Below, piece by piece: positions 26,403-38,980 of a stretch of 64,000 nucleotides of DNA. Position 1 is the first letter of the stretch, and each line of letters starts with the position of its first letter. This DNA is from Plasmodiophora brassicae (Eukaryota). The notes beneath the pieces were generated by a model, which saw only the letters and a list, made by a program, of their open reading frames with translations, did no database searches and was not told the origin of the DNA. The stretch is taken from assembly GCA_036867785.1 (NCBI GenBank), contig CP145421.1:806001-870000 (forward strand), read 5' to 3'. Position numbers and translations under genes: made by a program.

Positions 26403-28017
26403 TCAGTCGATGCCAGCCTGCTTGCCACGAGGCGGTGTTCCAGGTCTTCCCAGTTCGGCGTTCGGCAGTCCTCCATTGCTAAACGAATACCTGAACCCGC
26501 AGAAGGGTTCAGCACGATAAGCACAGGCAAACGCGAACTACAATCGATGGGTGCACCTTTGCTTCTTCTCGGCTGGCTTCAAAATCTGGAATGAACACAT
26601 CAGCGTATCATCAACAGACATCATGGATCCGGCATTGTCAAATTCGCCGCCTGCGTCAACGATCAGACCAGGGGTGCGATCGGGGGGAACCCAACTCGGG
26701 CACATACAGTAGTTGGGGGCGGAGAACAGAGTCACGAGTTGCCGCTTCGCGAAGAACTCATAACCGTCTTCGACAACCTATGCGTTTTGGCGAAGGCTTA
26801 AACTCTGTGCCACCGCGTTGACGCAAACCATGGACCAATGTACCTGATGTGCTCGGCAAATTAAATCCAAATCATGTTTCTTGAGGAACTTGGAGACAAC
26901 ATCGGGGCCGAACGTGTAGGACACCCCGCGATCATTCTCGCCCCACCTGGCGCATAAACGTCACTGATGCATTGTCAACGGCGACTGCATAAACGACGCA
27001 CCCGCTAATGTCCTTCTCGGGATCCGACCAGAGCAGGTCGCACAGCAGACCTGTATCCGGGACGTCGGTGGGTCGCATGATCCGTCGTACCTGCAGCCCA
27101 TGGCTCCTCAATACAATGCAACACGCAACCAGATCGCTCCAGCTGACTTGTTCGAAGCTCTTCAGCTCTGGAGACAGGCCTCCATGCGTGCAGAAGATTT
27201 TCTCGTCGACGACTGCCGCAACAGGCAAGCAGTTGAAACAGTCCGTAAAGGTCTTCCACAGCTTGATGTTGTACCGTCGTTTGCATTCATCGTAGAACCT
27301 GTTCGCCGCATGGTTACATGTGCTGCCCAACATACCAGCAGGAGAGGAACGTTGGGCCGAACCCGTAAATTCGGTTGATGGACGCGCATTCGTGGTTGCC
27401 ACGAAGGATGAAGAAATTCTCTGGATATTTGACCTGCCCCCGCCAATGGTCAGCACTGGGCTGTGACGCAATACACAGGGCGCCCTACCTTATAAGCCAG
27501 CAATAAACAGATGGTCTCAAGCGATTGTTTCCCTCGGTCAACGTAGTCGCCCAGAAACAGGTAATTAGCGTCAGGTGGGAAGCCTTTATTGCAGCAGATT
27601 TGCGTCAGCAACATTGCCGTCAAGATGTACTGCGATTGCAACGTACCCCCGTATTCGAACAGCCGCAGCAAATCGTAATACTGGCCATGGATATCACCCT
27701 GTGGAAACAGAACATATTTGGAAACGGCCTCCACATGCATGCCATAATTTGGGACGTACAACGATCTTGATCGGGGCTTCAAGCTCGAGAAGAATGGGTT
27801 GGGATATGAAGATTTCTCGACAGCGATTGCAGAGCCCACGTATCTCGCTCTCCGTTAGCGTAACCTGACAGGAATATTCAGCGCGCCCTGGATAAACATA
27901 ATCGACAGGGTAGCGTGCCAGGTTGCGGACCTGTTTGCCCGGGCGGCATCCGCGAACCTCCAACAACCGTTCGATGATACTGTCGACGTCGAGTTCGGAC
28001 GACGGCGTCGTTGCCAT
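26403..28017 (-). CDS. PP1: Serine/threonine protein phosphatase 1 catalytic subunit, multi-exon
   Basis: Contains [34 protein letters not shown] and SAPNYC. The spliced last exon ends [15 protein letters not shown], with the conserved TPPR site. Confidence 0.95.
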
Positions 28018-28368
28018 GCTGGCGAACGGATCGGGGCGCGGTCGTCGGTCGACAGCTGCGGGCGCCCGTTGACTGCAGGACGCGCGCTCGGCGTTGACGA
28101 CGGACGACTTCTCCGACCCTCGCGGCGGTGGTCTTGCGACTGACCGACCAGCGGACTGCGCAGCCGCCCCAAATCCCCTCCATTTCCCGCCCGACCCAAA
28201 ACATCATCTCGTTTTGGGGGACAAATGGCCACGTTTGAGAGGTCCAGTCGCCGGACCATCGTCCATTCGACTCATGACGCACCCTACATCTCTTCCGTAC
28301 ATGCACGAAAACGTTATGAGTAACCGTAGCGATTCATTGTGAGGTTGTGGTGCGATGCGAGGGGTTCT

Positions 28369-30719
28369 TCAGGAGATGCTGTGGCGACGGCCACCAGCAG
28401 AGAGGCCGCCGGAGAGTCGCCGTGGGATCACGATGGCGGGTTCCTTGAAGGACGCGACCGTCACGTTGCGGGAGTGGACCGATCTGGAGGGTGACCTGCC
28501 ATCCGCGCTCCTCTTTGTTTTATCGACGAGCAGGACAGCTCGCGAGCGGAACATGGATGCGCCGGTCGTCAAGTAGTCGATGTCATCGGTTGGTGCAATG
28601 GCTGTGATGTTGTAGTGGTGCAACAGGTACGCAAGTAGCAGGCGGATTTCAAGGTAGGCCAGGTCTTGGCCCAGGCACTGATGGGGAGGTTTCCCCCAGG
28701 ACAGGATCGAGGCGCTTCGCCCGCGGGCCTGGTTCGACGTAACGCTCAGGCGGGCTGGCTTGTTGGTCGGCGAACGCGCATCGGTCTCGGGGATTGTGTT
28801 TACCGCTGACAGTCGCTGAGCTGACCGAGCGGACGGTGCATCGGCAGCCCCGCCGGCCTCGGCCGTTGTTATGTTCATGGTTAACCGTCGAACGGCCGTG
28901 CTGGACGGCTGCCCAGCTTCGCCAGCCTTTTCGTCCACGGGAGGTGGCGTGACCTTGGAAGTGAACCGGGTGTGTTTCGCTGGTGCGGTTGGCTGGACAA
29001 TGGGCCGAACAATCCTCTCTCGAGTCGGCTTGGGTGCCCGTATGTCGGGTTGCGAGCGAATACGAGGGGTGCCCGGGTCGCTGGTCTTTAGGAACCGGCT
29101 GGGGGAGAATTGCTCGGGTGAAGGAAACGCGATCGGATCCGAATGGAACGCTGCTGGGGAGATGGCCACCAGGCGGTCAGCGGGAATCACGTATGATGTG
29201 CCAGGAATCGGTGTCGGCGCCGTCGTGATGCGGACCTGGTTGCAAGGATCGTTCAGCTGCGCGTTTATAACGAGCGATTGAGTGCTTGCCCACCTGTACG
29301 GGAACTGACAGTATGCGAAGCGATTCTTCAATAGTGCTCGCAAGGAACTCCATGCTTTGAACTGTGCGCGCGCTCCACGTTTACAACACGACAACATAGG
29401 TGCCGAACCAGGAACACCGACCGGCAATGTCAGTCAGACGGCCACCACCGATTCGGTATGCGGTGGTGACTTCGCCCATGACTCGCTGCATGACTTCCGG
29501 CGTTCGAAGAAGGAACATCAGCGTGTTCGTGGCGACTATCGGCGTATTGGCAATCTGCGGGCAAGCGACGCTTGTCAGGCACGTCCACATGGCAAGTCGA
29601 TCGCTCATACAGTTGCATAGACCATGCCGAAGATCTTGGCAGCAATCTTGTCGTCGTCCCAAGTGGGGTCGTCCCCGTAATACCTGGGGCGCCAAACGTC
29701 AGCCCCTGTATACGTGGACGAGAACGACCGATACCGTATGAGGTCCTGCAGGAAGCTTTGCTCGTGATCGTCGGGATCGTTGATCCAATCGGTATCTCGT
29801 CTAAGCCACGCAATTTCCTCCAGAATGGTATTCAGCAACGATTCACGCATCTGAAACAGGAATCAATGCTGGGCATATTTGCATTCGCATAGCGGAACCT
29901 CATCCCACCTGATTACAATGCTTGCGCGCAAAGTGACCAATGATTCCAGGGCGCTTGATAACGGCCTTGGCTGCGTAATGAAAATCGAAGAGGCATTTCT
30001 GGAATCGTTCGTCTCGAGCCAGGCGCTCTCCCAGAAAGATGCGAGAGTTCATAGCCAGCGTCAATCGCATGAATATGACGAATATGTCGTCCACCTTGAC
30101 CTGGATCACACTGATCAGTGGCCGCAACCGAACCGAACCCGCTGTTGGCTAATATACTCGACGGCGCCGGAGCAGCGACTCACGCTCGAGTGCTCGCAGC
30201 ATCTCCTTTTCTGTCATGGCAGCCATGTCTGGGACACGGGGGACGAGCCTGAGACAAGGAATCAGTAGGCATAGATGCACCCAACCACAGGGGGCAACCG
30301 TTGCCGCATAAGATGCATTGTGTCTTCGGCACGGAACACGATCGCGTGCGGGCCGAGGACATCCTCGAGCTGGATCCGCTTCAAAGAGCCGTAGAAGTTC
30401 AGGGACTTGTAGAAACAGGGCAAGAATGACATTCGGTTGACAAACGTAAAGTACTCGCCCATCATGTACACGGTGAACACGTCACCGTGCTTCTGTGACA
30501 TTCCGGAGAGGAACGTCGACGGTTTCAAAGCGAACGAAATGGCACAACCTGCGAAGATCGTGTCACAGTCACGCGTCAACAATGACGGTGAATACGCAAA
30601 CCGAAGAAAGGGATCCATGCCCCAAGAGGAGATGGCAACGTGGTGTTTAGTCGGCGCTGCTTGATAAACCAGACGGCATATGCCACGATGAACGCGAGCA
30701 GCAGAACAAGCCGCCACAT
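28369..30719 (-). CDS. Cytochrome P450, CYP7/CYP39-like features, multi-exon
   Basis: N-terminal anchor, WIPFFGCAISF, KHGDVFTV, I-helix YATIANT, EESLR (ExxR), FSPSRF and heme motif SWGKPPHQCLG. Confidence 0.85.
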
Positions 30720-30840
30720 TGTCGACGTGGCGACACCTTCGATCCAACACCCAAATGTCGGTGCGAGCCGAGAAATATCTCACGAGTACCTGTACAGATC
30801 TACCGGGGCGTATCTCAACGTGATTTAAGGGTCTTCATTC

Positions 30841-31239
30841 TCAATCTAGCTCGGATGTTTCATCATCCGCACGAGGGATCCGCTTCATCTCGTACAGCGA
30901 GCCTGCGTCCTGCTTGCCTGCCAGCCACTCCTGCATGGCCTGCACACCATTCAGCACAGCAGTTGTCCGCACAACGCCTTCAGAATGGACCTTGAGTTCA
31001 TCCTCGATCTTGCGTTCCTCCTCTTTGGCTCGCCAGACACTCTTCGAATCCCTGTCCCGGCGCGCAAACCGATCCTCCATGAGCGCCTCCAGCGTGTACG
31101 TCCTGCCAGGCAGTCACTCCAGCAGCAGGCAACGACAGCCGACGGCTGGCTGGCAGGCCATGCACGCCTACCCTAGCACGGCCATCACCAGCATCGGCAG
31201 GCCGACCGAGAAGAACGACATCGTCCGTCGCCCCGCCAT
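30841..31239 (-). CDS. COX16: Cytochrome c oxidase assembly protein COX16-like, 3 exons
   Basis: Small protein with FFSVGLPMLVMAVLG (TM), a charged middle and C-terminal YEMKRIPR, matching the COX16 layout. Confidence 0.65.
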
Positions 31240-31788
31240 CACCTGGGCATCTGCTGTCGCCGACACGGCAAACTGCGAGACAGCAGTCCCGGAGTGGACG
31301 TCGATACGCCGTCGTCAGTCGTCACCCAGCGTCAGCCAGCATAATTATAGGCCATCATCTGTTCGTACTGGGACGATGAACGTCGACGGAGGCGGTGCGA
31401 TATTGCACGACGTCCCGCATGTGGCCCAGGCAGGCGGAGTACGTTCATTGTAGTAATCTGATGAAGAACGTGGGAACCGCGAGAAAGCTGCTCCCCCGCA
31501 GGTGGACAGCGCATCGGTCGATGGCCGTTCTTGACGCTGAGGTTGACCGCCGCGGATGTCGTGATCGAGGCCCGCTTGCCTGTCCCGCATCCGAGTATCG
31601 GGGCGGGATTTGCCGAGTCCCAACTCCCCGTCACATACGTGCCCGCGACACCGAGTCGAGCGCCGCGGGTGAAGACTGGGGACGGCATGCGACTCCCTAC
31701 TGTACTGTGTGTGTCTGTGTGTCTGTGTGCTCGGCAGGTGAGGCGCGCTCATTTCCAAATCAGCTCGAATTCGCCCCAAGCAGCCAAG

Positions 31789-32361
31789 ATGCGATCCGTG
31801 GCGCTTGCCGCCATCGTTGCCTGCGCCGTCGTCATGCTGGCGGACGGGCGCCGCGTCCGCGCCACGAACCTGTGCCTGGTGAACAACGGCGGATGCAGCC
31901 CGGCGGCGACGTGCACGATGCTGCCGAGTGGGGTCCGGCAGTGCCAGTGTAAGGCCGGGTTCACGGGCAACGGCGTCGTGTGCACGGACGTCGACGAGTG
32001 CCGCGCCAACAACGGCGGGTGCTCGACCGACGCGATCTGCACGAACACGCTGGGGTCCCGCGCCTGCACCTGCAGGCCCGGGTTCGCTGGTGACGGCCTC
32101 ACGTGCAAGGACGTTGACGAGTGCCGCACCAACAACGGCGGGTGCTCGCCGAACGCGATCTGCACGAACTCGCCGGGACACCGCACCTGTGCGTGCCGCC
32201 CCGGGTTCTCGGGCAATGGCATCCGGTGCGACGACGTCAACGAGTGCCTGCTCAACAACGGCGGGTGCTCGCCGAACGCGGTCTGCACGAACACGATGGG
32301 ATCCCGCACCTGCGCCTGCAAACGTGGGTTTACGGGGAACGGCGTCAAGTGCACCCAGTGA
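31789..32361 (+). CDS. Small secreted protein with 4 tandem EGF-like (3 calcium-binding type) domains, intronless, 190 aa
   Basis: Signal peptide MRSVALAAIVACAVVMLADG followed by repeats DVDEC..NNGGCS..A.CTNT.GSR.C.C..GF.G.G..C of about 120 bp each. Confidence 0.9.
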   Translation: MRSVALAAIVACAVVMLADGRRVRATNLCLVNNGGCSPAATCTMLPSGVRQCQCKAGFTGNGVVCTDVDECRANNGGCSTDAICTNTLGSRACTCRPGFAGDGLTCKDVDECRTNNGGCSPNAICTNSPGHRTCACRPGFSGNGIRCDDVNECLLNNGGCSPNAVCTNTMGSRTCACKRGFTGNGVKCTQ

Positions 32362-32621
32362 GTTGAAGGGGCCGGGGGAGACGTCATTGGCATATGTTTG
32401 GTTTCCGTCTTGCATTAAACATCCCATGGGATTCGGCAACCGTCTTGTCGCCGGCTCTATCCTTCGTGGGGGACAGCCAGGCGAAGGCGTCGCGTGTCCG
32501 ATCGTCGTTCCTGATAGGTATCGCAAACAGGCGGGTCCCTCGGCAGGTGTCGATTAACGCCCGGTCTGGGTTAACAGTACTCGCGTATGGATAAATCTGG
32601 GGTCGATCGTCCACAGCGCGT

Positions 32622-34100
32622 ATGCTTCATCGGTGGTTGCGATGGAGCATCCTGGCTCTGGCCTACGAGTCGTACCGGTGTCAAGCGTCCCTGCTGTTCG
32701 TGAGCGGTCCTGAGCAGCTGATGGCCCTGCCGCCGATCTATTGCCCGCCGTGGAACACGTACGTCGGCCCGCAGAACGGCGACGATGGACTTAGAGGCGT
32801 GCGTTCCCGCTTGGTGTGGTTCGAGCACGACCCGTGTGATGCAGATGCGGTGGAGCGGGTCCGACCAGCGATCGACGGCCGTGCGGTGCTTCTGGGCAAC
32901 CAGAATCCGATGTGCGCACCCAGCCACCTGTACAGCCTGTTCCAGAGCGCCAACGCCACGTTTCTGGCGGTGATCGACGAGTCGCCGGTGCCAACGGGTG
33001 GCGGTCTCATGGCCGACGATGTGTACGGGAAGCGCCGGCACACCGGCACGATGCTATTCGTGCGGTTCCACCTGGATGCCGACCTGGCCGCGCTCTTGGT
33101 TCGCACGATATCCGGTGCGGGCGACGCTGCCGGCGTTATCATCGATGCACACCCTGACCGCAACGTCTGGCTGGACATGACCGCCTCTTGGTGGTACGTC
33201 GTCTTCGTCTGTGCGCTTCCGGCCCTGTACTTCGGCGTCTGCGCCGCCTTCGCAGCCAGTTACCTGTTCACCCATGTCGCCCGATTCGTTACGAACGCAT
33301 CCGACCAGGACGTGTTCAGTCGCCCCAGGTCGGTGCGCGCGAGGGTGTCCTCCCAATGGGGCATCCCGCAGACGGCGCTCCTGATCGAGGCGGCGACCAC
33401 CCTGGTCCTGTGCGTCAGCGCCGTGTCCGGCTTTGGAGGCGTTCTCAACGGCACCTACCTGGGCGTCTGTTTGATGCAATCGCAGCTATCCGGCCCTGGC
33501 TGTTCCTGCACGCTCCTGTCGGCCATCTTCTGGGGTCGCTGTCGCGACAAGCTCCTGTTTGGCAGACCTGCAACGACGCCGTTCGGCGTCTTCGCCGAGC
33601 GGCACGAGACCCTGTGGAACACGATCCTATGGACATTGGTCGCGCTACCGACCATAGCAGACGTCCTGGTCAATGTCCTGATTGCCAATCGAATCGCCCA
33701 GCAGTTCTTCCTCGGCGCCTACACGTTGATCTTTATGGCCATCTACTTGGTCATTGCCGTGTACTTCTTTCAGCAGGCCCGAACGTTCCGCAGGGAAGTC
33801 GCCAACATTCTCAAAGACGTCGACCCCGAAAGGCTCGCCTTCGTCGCTGGCATCTCGCGATGGACAACACGGGCCGGCATCTGCATGGCGTTTGCGATCT
33901 GCGTTCTGCCTTTCGGTGCCACGATCTGGATCTGGACTCCGACAGGATGGACAGTGTTCTGGGCGCTGACTCCCTTGATCCGAGCCGGCAACTCCTTCTG
34001 TCACATCCAAGAGTTCCGACCGCGTACTACCCGGACCCAGCCGGAGAGCAATTGCCGACCGGGAGGCGGGCCGGTACCAATACACGAACGACGTAGTTAA
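32622..34100 (+). CDS. Signal peptide + PA-like ectodomain + about 7 TM helices (GPCR-like), intronless
   Basis: 492-aa ORF with a hydrophilic ectodomain of about 170 aa followed by about seven hydrophobic segments. Clear paralog at 41155-42736. Confidence 0.75.
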   Translation: MLHRWLRWSILALAYESYRCQASLLFVSGPEQLMALPPIYCPPWNTYVGPQNGDDGLRGVRSRLVWFEHDPCDADAVERVRPAIDGRAVLLGNQNPMCAPSHLYSLFQSANATFLAVIDESPVPTGGGLMADDVYGKRRHTGTMLFVRFHLDADLAALLVRTISGAGDAAGVIIDAHPDRNVWLDMTASWWYVVFVCALPALYFGVCAAFAASYLFTHVARFVTNASDQDVFSRPRSVRARVSSQWGIPQTALLIEAATTLVLCVSAVSGFGGVLNGTYLGVCLMQSQLSGPGCSCTLLSAIFWGRCRDKLLFGRPATTPFGVFAERHETLWNTILWTLVALPTIADVLVNVLIANRIAQQFFLGAYTLIFMAIYLVIAVYFFQQARTFRREVANILKDVDPERLAFVAGISRWTTRAGICMAFAICVLPFGATIWIWTPTGWTVFWALTPLIRAGNSFCHIQEFRPRTTRTQPESNCRPGGGPVPIHERRS

Positions 34101-34883
34101 TGTTCATGGTGCTCTGACGACTATATACGTACGTACATACACGTACGTACTTGCATGATTGCGGCAGCAGGCCAGGCGGTCGAGACAAGCGATTCGTGTT
34201 TACGTGCGACGCCAGCGTCGTTCGCATTGCGCTGGCGTACGATCAATTCCGTATCCAACGTGTGCTTCAAGGTTTGGGACAGCGAATCGTTCCACGAGTC
34301 GGACGCCTGCAACTTGACGGACCGTACGAATCGCGGCATAGGCACGGTCATCAGGATCTTCTAACCATTTTCGCTAGCGGCACCGATGGTCGGGACAACG
34401 TGATAGAGCCATCTGTTTCCATCTCCGACTGATCCCGAGATCGGGATTCGGGATGCCAACCTTTGCATCCAGTTAAAGCACGCTTTACATGGTAACAGTA
34501 GGGACGGGAAAATCCCCTGTGTGGCGCTCGCAAGTCGCCTCGTCGACTTCCCTGTTCGACGCTGCCGAGAAGACACCCCGAACAGCACGTAATGCAATCA
34601 CTTCTACTTCGATCTGCAACGAACCCAGTCGGGGAACCGCTTGAACAAGTTCCAGCGACTATAGTGGAAGATAACGCACACACAGGTGTATGTAGAGTGC
34701 CTGTCGCAGAGAGCGAGGGCATGTAGAACTCGGTGAACAGCCTGCCATCGGCTTGGCAGCACCCACCGCCGGACCTGCTCGTGGATCAGGTTGTTCAACA
34801 TAGTCCAGGTGATGCCGTGCGGAGTCCGCGACGGACTCCGCAGAGTGGTCTCGTTCACGACCTCAGGACCGCTGCCTGGAGCA

Positions 34884-37800
34884 ATGAGGAAGAAGGTGGA
34901 CAACCGAATTCGAACGCTGATCGAAAATGGCATCGCCCTGCATCATCGGGGCATGTTCGTTATCGTCGGGGATAAAGGTCGCGACCAGGTCGTGAACCTG
35001 CATTACATGTTGTCAAAGTCGAGGCCGAAGCAGCGTCCGAACGTTCTGTGGTGCTATAAGAAGGACCTTGGGTTCTCGTCCCACAAGCGCAAACGAATGC
35101 GACAGGTCAAACGCGACGTGCAGCGTGGCCTGCGCCAGGAAGACACGCATGACCCGTTTGAACTCTTTTTGACGTCCACTGAGGTCCGTTATTGCTACTA
35201 CCACGACTCTCACAAGATCCTGGGAAAGACGTTCGGCATGTGTGTCCTGCAGGACTTTGAGGCGCTGACACCTAACCTTCTCGCTAGAACCATTGAGACG
35301 GTATAGTTGTGTTTCATTGACTGCGGTCAATCGCGATCTGACAGGGGACCTCAGGTCGAAGGTGGCGGCCTCGTAATTCTGCTGCTAAAGACGATGTCGT
35401 CGCTGAAGTCGCTATTCGCGATGTCGATGGACGTCCACAACCGGTTCAGGACGGAATCGCATCAGGACGTCGTTGGCCGGTTCAACGAGCGTTTCATCCT
35501 CTCTTTGGCGCACTGTCGTGAGTGTCTTGTCGTGGATGATGAACTCAACATTCTTCCCATGTAAGGGGTAGCTGCCCTTCGTTAACTGTCCCGTCGTGCT
35601 GACATGCCTGCTTGTCAGCTCCTCGCATGCGCGATCGCTGACGCCAGTGGCTGGTGGGTCAACGCCGATCGACGACGAGCTGACCTCGTTGCAAGTTTCC
35701 CTGGCTGACACTCCTCCGATTTCCCATCTTGTCAACATGTGCCGAACGTCAGACCAGGCCAAAGCCCTGATGCAGCTTGTCAACTGCATCCAGGAGGCGG
35801 ACACCCGTTCGATCATTTCGCTAACAGCGGCTCGTGGACGAGGAAAGTCGGCCTGTCTTGGCCTGGCCATAGCCTCTGCTGTTGCGTACGGTCTGTCGAA
35901 CATCTTTGTCTGTGCGCCGTCTGTGGAGAACCTGTCGACGCTGTTCCAGCTCGTCTTCAAAGGTGCTCATGTGTTCATCGCTGTCCGTTTTCACTGCCCA
36001 CCAGTGCTGACGATATTCCCGGCCAGGCTTCGATGCACTGGATTACGCTGAGCATGTCGACTACGAAATCATCAAGTCGAAGACGACGGGCGACGTCATC
36101 AAGGTCAACGTTCATCGCGACAACCGACGACAGACGGTTCAGTTCGTCCAGGTACGTGTGCTCTGTTTGCTTTCCATGCGCACGCTCACACCGTACTGAG
36201 TAGGCGAAAGACGCTCACAAGCTGCTCAACTGCGAATTGCTGGTCATTGACGAAGCGGCGGCGATCCCATTGCCGCTTGTAAAGGACCTGCTGGGCAACT
36301 TCCTGACCGTTCTGTCGTCGACCATCAACGGGTATGAAGGGACGGGACGCAGCCTGTCGCTGAAGCTGTTCACTGGCCTGCGTAAGACGAAATCGGAAGC
36401 GCCGTTCGTCGAAATCAAGCTGGAGCGCCCTATCCGTTATGGCCATGGTATGGGGACCGCGCATCTGTTGCTGCCATTGTTTGATACGTTGCTCAGGGGA
36501 CTGTGTGGAGAAGTGGCTCAACGACCTGCTCTGTCTGGATTGCTCCACACCTCCGGTGACAAGAGGCGCACCTCATCCGTCTACCTGCGAATTGTACTAC
36601 GTGAATCGCGACACGCTGTTCTCCCATCACAAGGTGCAATATCAGCTCCTAGGCGTCGTCGTTGGCGCCCTTCCCAACTAAGTGCTTTGCTGTCGTAGGC
36701 ATCGGAAGCGTTCCTCCAGCGACTGATGTCCCTGTTCGTGTCGTCCCATTACAAGAACTCGCCGAACGACCTTCAGTTGATGAGCGACGCGCCTGCCCAT
36801 CACCTCTTCGTCCTATTGGGTCCGCAGTCGGGCGACTCTGCCGAGATCCCTGACATTCTTGCCGTTATTCAAGTGGCGCTTGAAGGTACACTGCTGTCCA
36901 GATCTACGAATCCGTCCGCTGAACCGGGGCGTCAGGCGAGATTTCGAAGCGTCATGTTCGTGATCAATTGGCGCGCGCTATGCAACCCACCGGCGACCTG
37001 ATCCCATGGACCGTATCGCAGCAGTTCCAGGACGATCAGTTCCCGGGCCTGTCTGGGGCACGTATCGTGCGTATCGCCACCCACCCGAGCCTGCAGAGGA
37101 TGGGGTACCGCCCATGGTGTCGTTCTGCGCCTCTCGTGAGCTAATCGTGACCTCCGTTGCAGGTACGGGTCTCGTGCACTGTCGCTGCTTCGGATGTACT
37201 ATTCTGGCGAGATGTCCAGCATTGCACCTGAAGCGGCAGGCGGGCCCGCTGTCCCGCTCGAGCCAGCTCAACCTGCTGCCGATGCAGGCAAAGGGCTTCT
37301 CGAAGAGGTCATTGCTCCCCGGGCGGGTCTTCCGCCGATCCTCGACCGCTTGCCCGATCGTCCAGCGGAGCAGCTCGACTACCTGGGCACGTCGTTCGGC
37401 ATGACCCAGTCGCTGTACAATTTCTGGGCCAAGCTCGGCTACGTCCCGATCTACCTGCGCCAGACGACGAACGAAATCACGGGGGAGAACACGGTGATCC
37501 TGGTCAACCGCCTGGATCGCGACGGCAACGACTGGCTGGTCGCGTTCTCGGACGACTTCCGCAACCGGTTCATCGCGCTGCTCCCGCAAGCGTTCCGATC
37601 CATCCCTGTCAAGCTGGCGCTCAGCATCGTCAACCCGTCCGGCAGCCTGGTCACCGGCAACCCGAACCCGAACGCCAACGTCATCGACGTCGTCCAGCTG
37701 AAGCGGGCGTTCTCCCAGTTCGACCTGCGAAGGTGCGTCTCCTGATGTTCGATGGGACTTCCGACCCGATAACCGTCGTCTGCATAGGCTGGAAGCGTAC

Positions 37801-38409
37801 TCCAAGTCACTCGTCGACTACCATCTTATTCTGGACCTGATCCCGTGCATCGCCCGGATGCTGTTCCAGGACCAGATGGGGCCGACCGTGCGCCTGAGCT
37901 TCACGCAGGCGGCGTTGGCGCTGGGCATCGGCCTCCAGTTCAAGAGCGTGTCGGAAATGCAGGCGGAGCTCGAGATTGAATCCAACCAGATCCTGGCCCT
38001 GCTCAACAAACTGATCCGGAAGGTCGTCGCGTTCTTCAACAGCCTGCTGGAAGGCGAAGCGCGAGCCGCGATCCAGTCGGAGATGGCGAGCGCGCCACCG
38101 CGAGCCCCGTTGCCCAGTGGACCCGTCCGGCAATCATTGTCGAAGGACTTGGCCGAAGGCGCCCGGGAAACGCACGTAATGCTGTACGCGAAGCAGCAGG
38201 CGCTACTGGAGTCGACCAACCTGGCCGAATACGCCATCAAGAGCACGGACGACCAGTGGAGCGAGGCGCTGCCGTCGAATGCAGCGGCGCCGCCGTCGAC
38301 CATCTCGGTCAAGTCGTCTGCCGATAAGAAACGCAAGATGGACCATTCGGCGAAGCCGGCGAAGACGAAGAAGAACAAGATGGGCAACAAGAAGGCGTCC
38401 CGCAAGTGA
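34884..38409 (+). CDS. NAT10: RNA cytidine acetyltransferase NAT10/Kre33, multi-exon
   Basis: Contains MRKKVDNRIRTLIENG, VLWCYKKDLGFSSH, LTAARGRGKSACLG, STINGYEGTGRSLSLK, SHYKNSPNDLQLMSDAPAH and YLRQTTNEITGENT. Confidence 0.95.
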
Positions 38410-38507
38410 TACAGTGTCCATGACGTTCCTAAACTGGTGTTGTTGTTTCTAATTTTAGGCGCCGAATCTCACCCGAATCGGGTGCTGCTGATCATTTCCC
38501 GAACACG

Positions 38508-38914
38508 ATGCCAGGCCTGTGCACGGTCCCGACGATTATCGTGGCGTACCTCGCCATTGGCATCTGGGTATCGCGACGCGCCCGGCAGCAACAGGACGCG
38601 ATGCTGGTCGGCAAAGACCTGCCTGTCGTGTACCTTGACGATGACGATAGCCGATCAATGCGGGACCTGTACGTTCACAGCGTAGCATCGTAACTACGGG
38701 TCACCGCCTCCCCTGACGAACGTCCCACAGGTGCACCATCTGCATGGAGGATTTCGACGCCACCCAACCACTGAACCGGTTGCCGTGCGGGCACCTGTTC
38801 CATCGATCGTGCACAGCGGACTGGAACCCGACCATCCAAAGCCTGTGCCCGAACTGTCGGGAACCGGTCCGGCCATCCGCTGTCCCTGCCGAGCTGAACG
38901 CCACTGCAGTCTGA
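38508..38914 (+). CDS. Small TM/signal-anchored RING-H2 E3 ligase (ATL-like layout), 2 exons, 114 aa
   Basis: Exon 1 (38508-38668) has hydrophobic IIVAYLAIGIWV. After GT-AG intron 38669-38730, exon 2 gives CTICMEDF...RLPCGHLFHRSCTADW...LCPNCR. Confidence 0.8.
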
Positions 38915-38980
38915 ATACATCGCCGAGCATCTGATGACGACCAGGATTGGGGCGCATTGCTTGCACAGACGTACATTGTA

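Noticed and set aside
26538..26552. PP1 ending at ...KQRCTHRL* as in the ORF track
   Set aside because: A GT-AG intron gives a better last exon containing the conserved TPPR site.
31860..32358. About 120-bp tandem repeats considered as a CRISPR-like array
   Set aside because: They are degenerate in-frame coding repeats with no unique spacers, no cas genes and a eukaryotic context.
31345..32526. 393-aa minus-strand ORF with internal repeats
   Set aside because: The repeats mirror the EGF repeats on the plus strand.
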